A stretch of 64,000 nucleotides of DNA from Acidobacteriota bacterium (lineage in GTDB: Bacteria > Acidobacteriota > UBA6911 > RPQK01 > JAJDTT01): the NCBI GenBank assembly GCA_965263035.1, contig OZ253580.1:832001-896000 (forward strand), given 5' to 3'. Made by a program: the position numbers and the translations under genes. Below, in pieces: positions 9,774 to 19,932 of this stretch. Position 1 is the first letter of the stretch. Every line of letters begins with the position of its first letter. Under the pieces are notes generated by a model. The model saw only the letters and a program-made list of their open reading frames with translations. It ran no database searches and was not told the origin of the DNA.

Positions 9774-10699
9774 CAGGACTCCGCCAGGACGGCTTCCATC
9801 TGCTCGACCGCTCTGGTGATCCCTCCCGATTCGAAACCTCCGAGGCCGGACAGCAGGGCCGTGAGAAAACGGCTTCGGACCCGGCGCTGATCCTCGACGT
9901 GCTTGAGCAGCACTCCCAGGGTCGATTCGATCACCTCCGGACCCAGCCGGTCCCGGTCGAGGTAGAGGAGAGCCGCTACCCAATCCAGGGTCTCGGAGAC
10001 TCCAGGCGCCTTCTCCAGGGGGAGGAGTCGGAGCATCTGGACGAAGGCCACGATCCGTGCCGAAATGGACTCTCCGGCACCGGGCACCCGGGCTCGCACA
10101 ATGGCCAGCTCCTTGTCGAAAGACGGATAGTCGATCCAGAGATACAGGCACCGTCTTCTCAGGGCATCGGCCAGATCCCGGGTCCGGTTGCTGGTGAGGA
10201 CCGTGTAGGGAACCTGCCGGGCCGTGAGCGTGCCCAGTTCCGGAACCGAGACCTGCCAATCCGAGAGCAGCTCCAGGAGGAAGGCCTCGAATTCCTCATC
10301 GCTCCGATCCACCTCGTCGATGAGAAGCACCGGCGCCTTCGAGGAGGTGATCGCCTCCAGGAGGGGGCGTTTCAGAAGGTAGTCGATGCTGAAGATCTCG
10401 GCTCGCCCGGAGCCGCTGGCCTCGGCCAGGCGAATGTCCAGCAGCTGTTTCTGGTAGTTCCACTCATAGAGGGCGGAGCTGGTGTCGATGCCTTCGTAAC
10501 ATTGGAGACGGATCAGATGGGTGTCCAGGACGCTGGACATGGCGCTGGCGATCGCCGTCTTTCCCACTCCCGTCGGTCCCTCCACGAGGAGGGGGCGACC
10601 CAAGACCGCCGCCAGTTGAACGGCCGTCGCCACCGGGCGTTCGGCAATGTAACCATGGCGCTCCAACCGGCGTTGGAGCTGCTCGATTTCAGGGTGCAT
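9773..10699 (-). CDS. CoxD-like MoxR AAA+ ATPase
   Basis: LLVEGPTGVGKT, RLQCYEG, ALYEWNY, LLIDEVD, TSNRTR..DALRRRC. Confidence 0.92.
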   Translation of the reverse strand: MHPEIEQLQRRLERHGYIAERPVATAVQLAAVLGRPLLVEGPTGVGKTAIASAMSSVLDTHLIRLQCYEGIDTSSALYEWNYQKQLLDIRLAEASGSGRAEIFSIDYLLKRPLLEAITSSKAPVLLIDEVDRSDEEFEAFLLELLSDWQVSVPELGTLTARQVPYTVLTSNRTRDLADALRRRCLYLWIDYPSFDKELAIVRARVPGAGESISARIVAFVQMLRLLPLEKAPGVSETLDWVAALLYLDRDRLGPEVIESTLGVLLKHVEDQRRVRSRFLTALLSGLGGFESGGITRAVEQMEAVLAES

Positions 10700-10787
10700 T
10701 GGACAGAATTGGACGGAAGGGCCCAGGAGTGGACTGGGCCCGATCCCGCGATAACAGGCACGAAAGTGCGCTTGGAAACACCGGGAG

Positions 10788-11660
10788 CTACCCGGCGGCG
10801 CGCTCCGAGGCCGTGGTGAGGGCCCGCCTCACATAGGCGGCCGCCAACGCTCTCCGGTAGTCGGCGCCGGCAAAGTAATCCTCCAAGGGCTCCACGCCGT
10901 CGCTGGCATGCGCCGAGGCCGCCGCGATGGCGTCCGCGCTGATGGCGGATCTCTCCAGAGCCGACTCGACACCGGTGGCACGGTAGGCGCCGTCGGAGAT
11001 CCCCGTCACCCCGACGCGGCACTTGACGCAGTTTCCTCCGCCGTCGGTCTCGACCACCGCCGCGACGCCACAGACGGCGTATCCCGACGCGGGATGCGGG
11101 TATTTCAGGTAGGCGCCCCCGGAATTGGCACCGAGGCCGGCGACCCGCACTTCCACCAGCAACTCATCCTGTTGCAGTGCCGTCGAGAAGAATCCGAAAA
11201 AGAACTGGTCGGCGGAAATGGTCCGTCTCCCCCCCGGACCCTGGGCAACGAGCTGCGCCTCCAACGCCAGAGCCGGAGCGGGCTGATCGGCCGCCGGATC
11301 GGCATGAGCCAGGCTGCCGCCCAAGGTTCCCATGTTCCGAACCTGGACGTCTCCGATCAGTCCCGCGGCCTCCGCCAGGGGAGCCGCCTTCTGCCGCAAA
11401 CTATCGGAAAACTCCACCTCCGAATGAGTGGTGAGAGCTCCGATGGCCAGATCGCCGTTCTCCTCTCGAATGTAGCTCAAGCTGGACTTGAGCTTCTTCA
11501 GATCCACCAGATGCTGGGACGAGGACAGACGCAGCTTCATCATGGGGATCAAGCTGTGCCCTCCCGCCAGCAGCCTGGCGTTGGAGCCGTGACGACTCAG
11601 AAGGTCGAGGGCCTCCTCGATGGTCTCGGGAGCGTGGTACTCGAATTCACCTGGAAACAT
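10788..11660 (-). CDS. Molybdenum hydroxylase FAD subunit (CoxM/CutM-like)
   Basis: LAGGHSLIPMMKLRL, IGDVQVRNMGTLGGSLAHADPAAD. Confidence 0.93.
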   Translation of the reverse strand: MFPGEFEYHAPETIEEALDLLSRHGSNARLLAGGHSLIPMMKLRLSSSQHLVDLKKLKSSLSYIREENGDLAIGALTTHSEVEFSDSLRQKAAPLAEAAGLIGDVQVRNMGTLGGSLAHADPAADQPAPALALEAQLVAQGPGGRRTISADQFFFGFFSTALQQDELLVEVRVAGLGANSGGAYLKYPHPASGYAVCGVAAVVETDGGGNCVKCRVGVTGISDGAYRATGVESALERSAISADAIAAASAHASDGVEPLEDYFAGADYRRALAAAYVRRALTTASERAAG

Positions 11661-11663
11661 GCT

Positions 11664-14009
11664 CTACCTCCCCTGTGCCTGCTGAATGGCCTGCCACACG
11701 CGCTGGGGCGTGAAAGGCATCTCCACATGATCAATTCCGAAAGGACCGAGCGCGTCGGCAACCGCATTGGCTACCGCGGCCGTGCTGCCGATGCTGCCGG
11801 CTTCCCCGATCCCCTTGAGTCCCAAGGGATTGACGGGAGAAGGCGTGACGGTCCGATCCAGCTCGAAGCTGGGCATCTGACCCGGCTTGGGCACCGCGTA
11901 GTCCATCATGGTCCCGGTCAGGAGCTGTCCTGACTCGTCGTACTGTGCGTGTTCGTACAGCGCCTGGGCGATTCCGAAAGCGATGCCGCCGTGGATCTGG
12001 CCGTCTACGATCAGTGGATTGATCACCTTTCCGCAGTCGTCCACGGCCACGTACCTGACGATCTTGGTCTGGCCGGTCTCGGCGTCCACCTCGACGATGC
12101 AGGCATGCGCTCCGAAGGGAAACACGAAATTGCTGGGATCGTAGAAGGACTGGGACTCCAACCCCGGCTCCATGCCCTCGGGTAGGTTCCAGGCCAGATA
12201 GGCCTGCAGAGCCACGTCCTGGAAACTCATTCCCTGATCGGTCCCCTTCACCTGGAAGCGCCCGTCCTCGAACTCCAGGTCTTCGTCCCGGGCCTCCAAC
12301 TGATGCGCCGCGATCTTGCGAGCCTTGTCCACCACCTTTTCGGCGGCCTTGAAAGCGGCGATCCCGCCCACGGCCGTGGCGCGGCTGCCGTAGGTCCCCA
12401 TTCCCATGGGAACCAGATCGGTGTCTCCGTGAACCAGCTCCACGTCGTCTATGTCCACTCCCAGCACGTCTCCCACCACCTGGGCGAAGGTCGTCTCCTC
12501 CCCTTGGCCGTGAGGGTTGGCGCCGGTCATGACGGTGACCTTGCCGGTGGGGTGCACCCGAACCACCGAGGACTCCCAGAGCCCCCCCTGAAATCCGGTG
12601 CTTCCCACGACCGCACTGGGGCCCAGCCCACAGATTTCGACGTAGGTGGAGAAACCGATCCCAAGATAGCGGCCCTGTTTCCGCGCCTCCGCCTGTTCGC
12701 TTCGAAAAGCCTCGTAGTCCACCATTTCCAGGCACCGGTCCAAGGCCGCGTCGTAGTCGCCGCTGTCGTAGCTGACCCCGGTGGCCACCTGATGTGGAAA
12801 CTTCTCCTTGCCGATGAAATTCCGGCGCCGGATTTCTACCGGGTCCATGTCCAAACGTTGGGCCACCAGGTCCACGACCCGTTCCAGGAGGTACGTGGCC
12901 TCGGGCCGGCCGGCGCCCCGGCAGGCGTCCACGGGAGTGGTGTGAGTGAAGACTCCCACCACCTCCGCGCCCACGGCCGCTACGTCATACACGCCGGAGA
13001 GCATCAGACCGTACAACCAGGTCGGGACGCCGGGAGCCGCCGTGGAAACGTAGGCTCCCATGTTGGCCCAGGCCTTGAACTTCAGACCCAGGATCTTTCC
13101 TTCGTTGGTATAGGCCGCTTCCACGTCGGTCACGTGGTCTCGCCCGTGGGTGGTGCACAGGAAGTTCTCCCGCCGGGTTTCCACCCACTTGACCGGGCGG
13201 CCCGTCTGCATGGCGCAGAATGCCATGACGGCCTCGTCGGCGTACACGGCGATCTTGCTGCCGAAGCCGCCCCCGATCTCGGGAGTCACGACCCTCAACT
13301 TATGCTCGGGAACCCCCAGAACGCTGGAGAGCAGCAGTCGATGGATATGAGGATTCTGGCTGGTCATCCGCAACGTCAACTCGCCCGAGGCGGCATTGTA
13401 CTGGGCCACGCATCCTCGGGGCTCGATGGCGCAGGGAATCATGCGATGATTGCTCGTCCGGAACTTGAGGACATCGTCGGCGTCCTCGAAGGCCTGATCC
13501 AGATCGCCGCCGCCGAGCTTGAACAGAAAACATCTGTTGGAAGGCGCATCGTCGTGGACCTGGGGAGCCCCCTCTTCCACGGCCTTCGTCTGATCCGCCA
13601 CCGCGTCCAGGATCTCGTAGTCCACCTGGACCAGTTGGGCGGCGTCCTCGGCCTGGTAACGGTCCTCGGCCAGCACGACGGCCACGCCGTCGCCGACGTA
13701 CCGGACCCGATCCCGGGCCAACGGAGGATGGTCCGGCGTCTTCAGATCGCTGTCTGGAATGAGCCAGGCCGTGGGTATGGAACCCACCCCCTCCATATCC
13801 TTCCCGGTAAAGACGGCCACGACTCCCGGGGCCGACCGAGCCGCTTCCACGTCGACGGACCTGATGTTGGCGTGGGCGTGGGGACTGCGAACGATGGCCG
13901 CGTGGACCATTCCCGGGATCACGAGGTCGTCCGTGTACTGGCTGCCTCCGGTGAGCAGCCGCCGATCCTCGCGGCGCTTGACTGGTGTACCGAAAAATTT
14001 GGTCGCCAT
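11664..14009 (-). CDS. Molybdenum hydroxylase large subunit (form II CoxL/CutL-like)
   Basis: RREDRRLL, RSPHAHA, GGGFGSK, A-C-RGAGRPE active-site loop, HGQG, TYGSR, GQIHGG, KGIGEAG. Confidence 0.92.
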   Translation of the reverse strand: MATKFFGTPVKRREDRRLLTGGSQYTDDLVIPGMVHAAIVRSPHAHANIRSVDVEAARSAPGVVAVFTGKDMEGVGSIPTAWLIPDSDLKTPDHPPLARDRVRYVGDGVAVVLAEDRYQAEDAAQLVQVDYEILDAVADQTKAVEEGAPQVHDDAPSNRCFLFKLGGGDLDQAFEDADDVLKFRTSNHRMIPCAIEPRGCVAQYNAASGELTLRMTSQNPHIHRLLLSSVLGVPEHKLRVVTPEIGGGFGSKIAVYADEAVMAFCAMQTGRPVKWVETRRENFLCTTHGRDHVTDVEAAYTNEGKILGLKFKAWANMGAYVSTAAPGVPTWLYGLMLSGVYDVAAVGAEVVGVFTHTTPVDACRGAGRPEATYLLERVVDLVAQRLDMDPVEIRRRNFIGKEKFPHQVATGVSYDSGDYDAALDRCLEMVDYEAFRSEQAEARKQGRYLGIGFSTYVEICGLGPSAVVGSTGFQGGLWESSVVRVHPTGKVTVMTGANPHGQGEETTFAQVVGDVLGVDIDDVELVHGDTDLVPMGMGTYGSRATAVGGIAAFKAAEKVVDKARKIAAHQLEARDEDLEFEDGRFQVKGTDQGMSFQDVALQAYLAWNLPEGMEPGLESQSFYDPSNFVFPFGAHACIVEVDAETGQTKIVRYVAVDDCGKVINPLIVDGQIHGGIAFGIAQALYEHAQYDESGQLLTGTMMDYAVPKPGQMPSFELDRTVTPSPVNPLGLKGIGEAGSIGSTAAVANAVADALGPFGIDHVEMPFTPQRVWQAIQQAQGR

Positions 14010-14021
14010 TCTTCCTCCTCC

Positions 14022-14504
14022 CTAGCTTGCCGCTTCCCGCATCTTGCCGGCCGCATTCTGGACGGCGTTGACGATGTGCTGATACCCGGTGCAACGGCAC
14101 AGGTTCCCTTCCAGCGCATGCCGGATCTCGGCGTCGTCCGGATCCGGATTTCGCTCCAGGAGCTGGACCGTGGCCATCAGGAAGCCGGGAGTGCAGAACC
14201 CGCACTGAAGTCCATGCTCTTCCCAGAAGGCTTCCTGGATCGCGTGCAGGTCTCCGTTCGTCGCCAACCCCTCCACCGTGGTGATCTCGGCGCCGTCGGC
14301 CTGAACCGCCAGCAGCGTGCACGACTTCACGGCCAGATCGCCCAACAGGACGGTACACGCTCCGCAACTGGAGGTGTCACAACCGACGTGAGTCCCGGTC
14401 AAACCCAACACCTCCCGAAGGAAGTGCACCAAGAGCAATCGTGGCTCCACCTCCCTCCGATAGGTCGACCCATTGACTCGAACCTCAATGGACACTTGTG
14501 CCAT
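14022..14504 (-). CDS. Molybdenum hydroxylase 2x[2Fe-2S] subunit (CoxS-like)
   Basis: GCDTSSCGAC, KSC, QCGFCTPG, GNLCRCTGY. Confidence 0.95.
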   Translation of the reverse strand: MAQVSIEVRVNGSTYRREVEPRLLLVHFLREVLGLTGTHVGCDTSSCGACTVLLGDLAVKSCTLLAVQADGAEITTVEGLATNGDLHAIQEAFWEEHGLQCGFCTPGFLMATVQLLERNPDPDDAEIRHALEGNLCRCTGYQHIVNAVQNAAGKMREAAS

Positions 14505-14554
14505 CTTCTACCTCCTTGGATGGTAGTTCTAACCCAGGGAGGGCGTGCAAAGGT

Positions 14555-14992
14555 TCAACCGCTCCCCTCCCGCTTAAGATTCTCGAAGAATTCCGCCGCC
14601 AGTTTCCGGGCCATCCCGGAAAAGAGACGGCTACCCACAGCCGCCAGGGTCCCGGCCACGAGGGCATTCCCCTGATAGTGGACCAATGTCTCCTGGCCAA
14701 CCTCCTCCAGCCTCAATTTTCCCTCGGCCCGGACCCCGCCCACGCCGCCGCTTCCGTCAACCCGCAGTGTGAGGTCCGAGGGCTCCTGCTTGTCGCGCAC
14801 TTCCACGTGTCCGCTGAAGACGCCGCGAACCGGTCCCAGGCCCAGTTCCAACTCCGCTTTGAAGCGGTCTTCACCGTCTGGCACCAGGGTCTTGACTCCG
14901 GGAGTCGCCCGGGCCAAAACCTGGGGATCGTTCAATAGCTGCCAGACTCGGAGACGGGACAGGGGCAGTCGGTGCGTTCCCGATAGCTGCAT
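14555..14992 (-). CDS. CoxG-like SRPBCC protein
   Basis: VWQLLNDPQVLARATPG, GTLAAVGSRL..FFENL; first gene of the operon. Confidence 0.88.
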   Translation of the reverse strand: MQLSGTHRLPLSRLRVWQLLNDPQVLARATPGVKTLVPDGEDRFKAELELGLGPVRGVFSGHVEVRDKQEPSDLTLRVDGSGGVGGVRAEGKLRLEEVGQETLVHYQGNALVAGTLAAVGSRLFSGMARKLAAEFFENLKREGSG

Positions 14993-15042
14993 CAAGGGCC
15001 TCAAGTAATGTTGATCAGAAGTTCCCACTCAGGACACTCCCT

Positions 15043-15071
15043 ATTCTTCAACCGCTCGTAAGGTCTGTCAA
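15043..15071 (-). promoter_or_regulatory. Candidate sigma70 promoter for the cox operon
   Basis: TTGACA (15071-15066), 17-bp spacer, AAGAAT (15048-15043). Confidence 0.45.
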
Positions 15072-15221
15072 ACACTTTTAATACAAACGCGGGAAAATTC
15101 CGGGCAAGCGGGGCCATAGTCGATTCTCACGCCGCGGCTGGTTCCCGCTTCTCACTTCATTCCTCTTTTCTCTCTTACCCCTTTCCTCTCCCCTTCCTCT
15201 TCCCCATGCTATGATTCCCGG

Positions 15222-15932
15222 GTGCGATTTGGGCCCGGGTACAAAGTGACTATCGGTCCTCTCATGACGCCGATGGTCAAGTACCTGGTCATCGGTTGCG
15301 GACTCGCCTTTCTCCTGCAATGGGCCGCCGGCCCGGACCTGTTGTGGATCTTCGGACTGACGCCTACAGCCGTCTTGGCGAAACTCTACATCTGGCAGCT
15401 GGGAACCTACCTGTTTCTCCACGCCGACTTCTGGCACCTGTTCTGGAACATGTTCACGCTCTGGATGTTCGGCCGCGAACTGGAACGGCACTGGGGCAGC
15501 CGGCAGTTCCTGCGCTTTTTCCTGATCACTGGAATCGGAGCCGGGCTGCTGTCGGTCGTGGTGGATCCAATGGGAAAGATACCCACCATCGGAGCCAGCG
15601 GGTCGATATACGGGATCCTCACGGCCTACGGCATGATGTTCCCCGAGCGCCGCGTCTATCTCTACTTCCTGCTGCCGGTCAAGGTGAAGTACTTCGTGGC
15701 CGTGCTGGGACTATTCGCCTTCATTTCGGCCCTGGATTCGCCTGGCAGCACCATCGCCCACGTCGCCCACCTGGGCGGCATGATCTTCGCCTTCATCTAC
15801 CTGAAGCGCTGGCTCTCACTCGGAGCCGTGCGCCAGGCGTACCATCGATGGAAACTGAAGCGAATGCGCAGCCGATTCCGGGTGCTCGACGAGAAGAGAC
15901 GGAACCGCAAGGACGACTACTGGATCCAGTAG
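15222..15932 (+). CDS. Rhomboid intramembrane serine protease
   Basis: WQLGTYLFLH..HLFWNM, IGASG catalytic Ser, AHVAHLGG catalytic His. Confidence 0.93.
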   Translation: MRFGPGYKVTIGPLMTPMVKYLVIGCGLAFLLQWAAGPDLLWIFGLTPTAVLAKLYIWQLGTYLFLHADFWHLFWNMFTLWMFGRELERHWGSRQFLRFFLITGIGAGLLSVVVDPMGKIPTIGASGSIYGILTAYGMMFPERRVYLYFLLPVKVKYFVAVLGLFAFISALDSPGSTIAHVAHLGGMIFAFIYLKRWLSLGAVRQAYHRWKLKRMRSRFRVLDEKRRNRKDDYWIQ

Positions 15933-15974
15933 CCTCGTGCGCCGCGAGTCCCCTGCCCTCCCTCCAACGCCGGA

Positions 15975-17093
15975 TTACGGCGTACGGCACATTTCGTGGA
16001 TTCCCCCGGATCGTGCCGCCAAAAAGCCGCCGCCGAATCCATTATGGACGGCCAGGATCTCCGCCAGAATGCTGACCGCGATCTGCTCGGGACCCTCGGC
16101 TCCGATGTCCAGGCCCACGGGGTTGTGAATCCGATCCCGGGCCGCCGCATCGGGGCGAAAACCCTCGACGGCCAACTCATCCATGAGCTTCTGGAACCGG
16201 GGGCGGGGTCCCAGTACACCCACGTAGAGGGCTCCGCTCTCCAAGGCGTAGCGGATCCCGGCGCCATCCCGGTCCAACTGGTGGCTCATGATCAGAGCGT
16301 AGCTGCCGGCCGGCATCGCCACCTTCTCGGGGAATTCCGTGGGATGGGAGATTGTGGTCCTCGCTCCCGGGAAGCGCTCCGGCCGGTTCAAGGAGGGCCG
16401 GGGATCGACGACGTTCACGGAAAAGCCCAGACTCAACGCCAGCCGGACCACGGGCACGGCGTCCATGCCGGCCCCGAAAACGACAATCTCCAAGGGGGGG
16501 CGATTGACGTCCAGAAAGACGCGGGCGTTTCCCGAGGCGTAGACCCTGGACTGCGGAAGAGGTCGGCCCAGGATCTCACGGGCTGCCGGGATCACTTCTT
16601 GGCCCAATGCTTCCTGGGCCAGGGGACCCGCCGGCGACTCGCCCGGAGCCAGAAAAAGCCAACGCCCCAGAGACTCCGGTTCCGGGTCCGGTTCACAAAC
16701 GACGGCCCGAACCACCCTTTCCCCGTTCCTCAAGGCGCTCAGCCAACGTTCCCAGACCGGGTCCCGGCCGATGGGCTCCAGCAGGACGTGGACGACTCCT
16801 CCACAACCCAATCTCAATCCCCAGATCGCGTCCTCCGTGAGATCGAACACCTCCGTCATTGCCTGTCCCGTTTTGAAGACCCGGCTTGCCGCCCGCGCGA
16901 CTTCCGGTTCGAGGCATCCTCCCGAGATCATGCCCCGGAAGTCGCCGTCGGAGCCGATGACAAGCTTGGCTCCCTGCCGGCGGTATGCCGAGCCGGTGAT
17001 CTCGATGACTGTAGCCAGGACGGCGTCGCGGCCGCTTTCCAGGATTTCCTCGATGGCTCCAGCCAGCTCGGCAGACTCTCTCACGGTGGGCAC
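15975..17093 (-). CDS. XdhC/CoxI-family Moco insertion chaperone
   Basis: GSAYRRQGAKL, ISGGCLE, LGCGG, VFGAG.DA, YVGVLGP, PVGLDIGAEGPEQIAVSI. Confidence 0.92.
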   Translation of the reverse strand: MPTVRESAELAGAIEEILESGRDAVLATVIEITGSAYRRQGAKLVIGSDGDFRGMISGGCLEPEVARAASRVFKTGQAMTEVFDLTEDAIWGLRLGCGGVVHVLLEPIGRDPVWERWLSALRNGERVVRAVVCEPDPEPESLGRWLFLAPGESPAGPLAQEALGQEVIPAAREILGRPLPQSRVYASGNARVFLDVNRPPLEIVVFGAGMDAVPVVRLALSLGFSVNVVDPRPSLNRPERFPGARTTISHPTEFPEKVAMPAGSYALIMSHQLDRDGAGIRYALESGALYVGVLGPRPRFQKLMDELAVEGFRPDAAARDRIHNPVGLDIGAEGPEQIAVSILAEILAVHNGFGGGFLAARSGGIHEMCRTP

Positions 17094-17161
17094 AGTTTAC
17101 CGGAGCGGAGGGAAGTTGAGGAGTGAGGAGTGTGAAGCAGATGGATGCAGGAGTCTGGGTG

Positions 17162-18313
17162 TCAGAGTCCGACGGCTTGACGCAGGGCTTCGGCTCTGTC
17201 GGTCCGTTCCCAGGCGAAGCCCTCGTCCTCCCGGCCGAAGTGCCCGAAGGCGGCCGTCTGCCGAAAGATGGGGCGCCTGAGCTGCAGGATCTCGATGATG
17301 TCCCCGGGGGTCAGACGGAAGTGCTCCCGAACCAGATTGCCGATGGTCTCCTCATCGACGGCTTCGGTCCCTTCCGCGTCCACGGCGACGGAGACCGGTT
17401 CGGACACTCCGATGGCGTAGGCCAGCTGAACCTTCAAGCGCTCGGCAAGTCCCGCGGCGACGCAGTTCTTGGCGATGTAGCGGGCCATGTAGGAGGCGGA
17501 ACGGTCGACCTTGGACGGGTCCTTCCCCGAGAAAGCGCCCCCTCCGTGGCCTCCCATGCCGCCGTAGGTGTCGACGATGATCTTCCGGCCCGTCACGCCG
17601 CAATCGCCCTGAGGGCCGCCCACCACGAACCGTCCCGTCGGGTTGATGTGGATCGTCGTGTCCCCGTCCATGAGTCCGCCGGGAACCACCGCGTGGATCA
17701 CCTGTTCCCGGATGCCATCACACAAATCCTCGTAGGAGATGTCGGGGCTGTGCTGCGTCGAGACCACGACGGTATCGACACGGACCGGTTTCGTCCCGTC
17801 GTACTCCACCGTAACCTGCGACTTTCCGTCCGGACGCAGCCAGTTCAGGATTCCCTGGCGTCGGCATTCGGACAGACGTCGGGTGAGCGCGTGCGCCAGC
17901 ATGATGGGCAGCGGCATCAACTGAGGGGTTTCGGTGCAGGCGTAACCGAACATGAGTCCCTGGTCGCCCGCCCCCCCGGTGTCCACACCCAAGGCGATAT
18001 CGGGCGACTGCCGGTCCACGGAACAGATCACGCCGCAGGTCTCGTAGTCGAACCCGTACTTGGCGCGCGTATATCCCACATCGCGAATGATTTGGCGGGC
18101 AATCCCGGAATAGTCGGGAGTGCAGGTGGTGGTCACTTCACCGGCGATGACCACCAGACCGGTCGTCACCAGAGTCTCGCAGGCCACCCGTCCCTGAGGG
18201 TCTTCCGTCAGGACCGCGTCCAGTACCCCATCGGAAATCTGGTCCGCAATCTTGTCGGGGTGCCCCTCGGTGACCGATTCCGAGCTGAACAGGTGTCGAC
18301 TCTTTGGCGCCAT
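17162..18313 (-). CDS. metK: S-adenosylmethionine synthetase
   Basis: [42 protein letters not shown]. Confidence 0.98.
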   Translation of the reverse strand: MAPKSRHLFSSESVTEGHPDKIADQISDGVLDAVLTEDPQGRVACETLVTTGLVVIAGEVTTTCTPDYSGIARQIIRDVGYTRAKYGFDYETCGVICSVDRQSPDIALGVDTGGAGDQGLMFGYACTETPQLMPLPIMLAHALTRRLSECRRQGILNWLRPDGKSQVTVEYDGTKPVRVDTVVVSTQHSPDISYEDLCDGIREQVIHAVVPGGLMDGDTTIHINPTGRFVVGGPQGDCGVTGRKIIVDTYGGMGGHGGGAFSGKDPSKVDRSASYMARYIAKNCVAAGLAERLKVQLAYAIGVSEPVSVAVDAEGTEAVDEETIGNLVREHFRLTPGDIIEILQLRRPIFRQTAAFGHFGREDEGFAWERTDRAEALRQAVGL

Positions 18314-18367
18314 GCACTCTGGTCCTCATTGTTTGGAGATTTGTCAGGTGACCGCCGGAGACGGCAA

Positions 18368-18397
18368 TAACTAGCACAGGGCCCCGCGGAGTGTCAA
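18368..18397 (-). promoter_or_regulatory. Candidate sigma70 promoter for metK
   Basis: TTGACA (18397-18392), 18-bp spacer ending in TGC, then TAGTTA. Confidence 0.4.
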
Positions 18398-18525
18398 CGC
18401 GGGCGGATGCACGGTATCGTTCGTACGTGAAGTGTCAGGTCCTATTGGCAGGTGAACTGCGCGGGCCAAGTGGCCCCGGGTTAGCCCGAATTCCTCACCA
18501 GAAAGATAGAAGAATATCGTTGTTT

Positions 18526-18562
18526 GTGACGTAAGTGATTTTGAAAAAACCACTTACGTCAC
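18526..18562. repeat. Perfect 12-bp inverted repeat with an AT-rich 13-bp spacer
   Basis: GTGACGTAAGTG-attttgaaaaaac-CACTTACGTCAC. Confidence 0.85.
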
Positions 18563-18683
18563 CACAGGAACGCGACATCTTGTGTGGTGAGCACCCGTTG
18601 TGGGTACGACTACGTTCCTCGGATCGAGGGGACACCCACATTCCTTTGTCCCGTAACCACGTCCCTTCAATTCTGCCCGCCTA

Positions 18684-19902
18684 GTACCCCATAACATGTA
18701 ATTGGTCGTATACTATAGTAGGAGGCTGGAGAACTCGGAAGGAGGGGTTCTCATGGCACCACGCTATCGTGTCACGCTCACTGTGGAAGAGCGCTCGGAA
18801 TTGAAGGCATTGACCCGGGCCGCGACCAAGACCACCGGCAAGCGGTTCCTGTACGCACGGGCTCTATTGTTGTGCGACCGCGGGTCGGAGGGGCCGGGAT
18901 GGACCGTGGCCCGGGTGGCCGAGGCGCTGGGCGTCTCAACCCGCACGGTCGAGCGCTTGAAACGGCGGTTTGTGGAGCAGGGTCTGGAGTTCGCCTTGGA
19001 GCGCAAGCGGCGGGTGCGGCCGCCGCGGGAAGTCATCTTCGACGGTGTGTTCGAGGCTCGCTTGGTCGCCTTGGCCTGTTCCCAGGCCCCGCCGGGGCGG
19101 AAGCGCTGGACCCTGCGCCTGCTGGCGGAGAAAGTAGTGGAACTGGGCTGGGTCGAGCGGGTGTCGGTGATGACGGTGCAGCGGACGCTAAAAAAAACCA
19201 ACTGCAGCCTCATCGGAAGAAGTATTGGCGGATCCCGCCGCGGGGCAGCGCCGCATTTGTAGCCTGCATGGAGGACGTTTTGGAAGTCTATGCCCGTGCC
19301 TACCATCCCCGTCGGCCGGTGGTCTGCATGGATGAGACCCACAAGCAGTTGATCGGCGAAGTGCGGGAGCCGCTGCCCGTGGAGCCGGGCCAGCCGGAGC
19401 GGATCGAGCACGAGTACGTGCGCAACGGGGTCGCGCAGATCTTCCTGGAGGTGGAGCCGCTGACCGGCCGCAGCCATGTGGAGGCGGGCGAGCGGCGTAC
19501 GCGCCAGGATTGGGCCCGCTGGATTGAGGGCATGCTGGAGAGGCGATATCCGGAGGCCGAGCGGGTGGTCCTGGTCATGGACAACCTGAACACGCACGGA
19601 ATCGAATCGCTGTACGCGACCTACGAGCCCCGACACGCTCGCCAACTGGCGGAACGACTCGAAATCCATTACACGCCGAAGCACGGGAGCTGGCTCAACA
19701 TTGCGGAAATCGAACTGAGCACGCTGTGCGGACAATGCCTCGACCGCCGCATTCCAAGCTTGGCCCAGATGCAACGCGAGATCGAGGCTTGGGTCGGCGA
19801 TCGGAATCAACGGAAAACCGAGATCAACTGGCAATTCAAGACGGAGGATGCACGGATCAAGCTGAAGAGCCTGTACCCGAAACTTTAAGTGTTAATAGGT
19901 AC
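18684..19902 (+). mobile_element. IS630-family insertion sequence
   Basis: Imperfect terminal IRs GTACCCCATAACATGTAA / GTACCTATTAACACTTAA (reverse complement), flanked by TA at 18682-3 and 19903-4, both in a CTAG context; encodes an HTH + DDE transposase. Confidence 0.92.
18753..19888 (+). CDS. IS630 transposase, two frames joined by a -1 shift at the A8 run (19190-19197)
   Basis: ORF A: HTH and RWTLRLLA..TLKK. ORF B: KKNQLQPH..VCMDE, YVRNG, VMDNLNTH, YTPKHGSWLNIAE (DDE). Confidence 0.92.
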
Positions 19903-19932
19903 TAGCTCGATGTGACCTCGATTAATTTGCCT

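Noticed and set aside
8659-10259. Long N-terminal extensions of MocA (to 9450) and CoxE (to 10259) in the ORF track
   Set aside because: The extensions are low-complexity alternate frames overlapping the upstream genes; coupled starts at 8658 and 9773 fit better.
10788-14504. Bona fide (form I) aerobic CO dehydrogenase
   Set aside because: Lacks AYxCSFR and the M-S-L order; the motif and S-L-M order are form II-like, so the substrate is unknown.
12303-14675. 790-aa + strand ORF and other long antisense ORFs (1432-2889, 3088-4308, 6450-7661, 17123-18370, 18764-19834, 60175-61419)
   Set aside because: Shadow frames opposite well-supported genes in high-GC DNA, with no recognisable motifs.
18314-18520. 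SAM riboswitch upstream of metK
   Set aside because: No SAM-I (ATC..GAG/AGATGA core) or other SAM-class consensus recognised, and the candidate promoter leaves only a ~50-nt leader.
18560-18681. tRNA or integrase attachment site at the island border
   Set aside because: No cloverleaf, T-loop or CCA pattern and no integrase was seen.
19190-19197. IS630 transposase as a pseudogene
   Set aside because: The break is at an A8 run with a -1 frame relation, typical of programmed frameshifting in this family.
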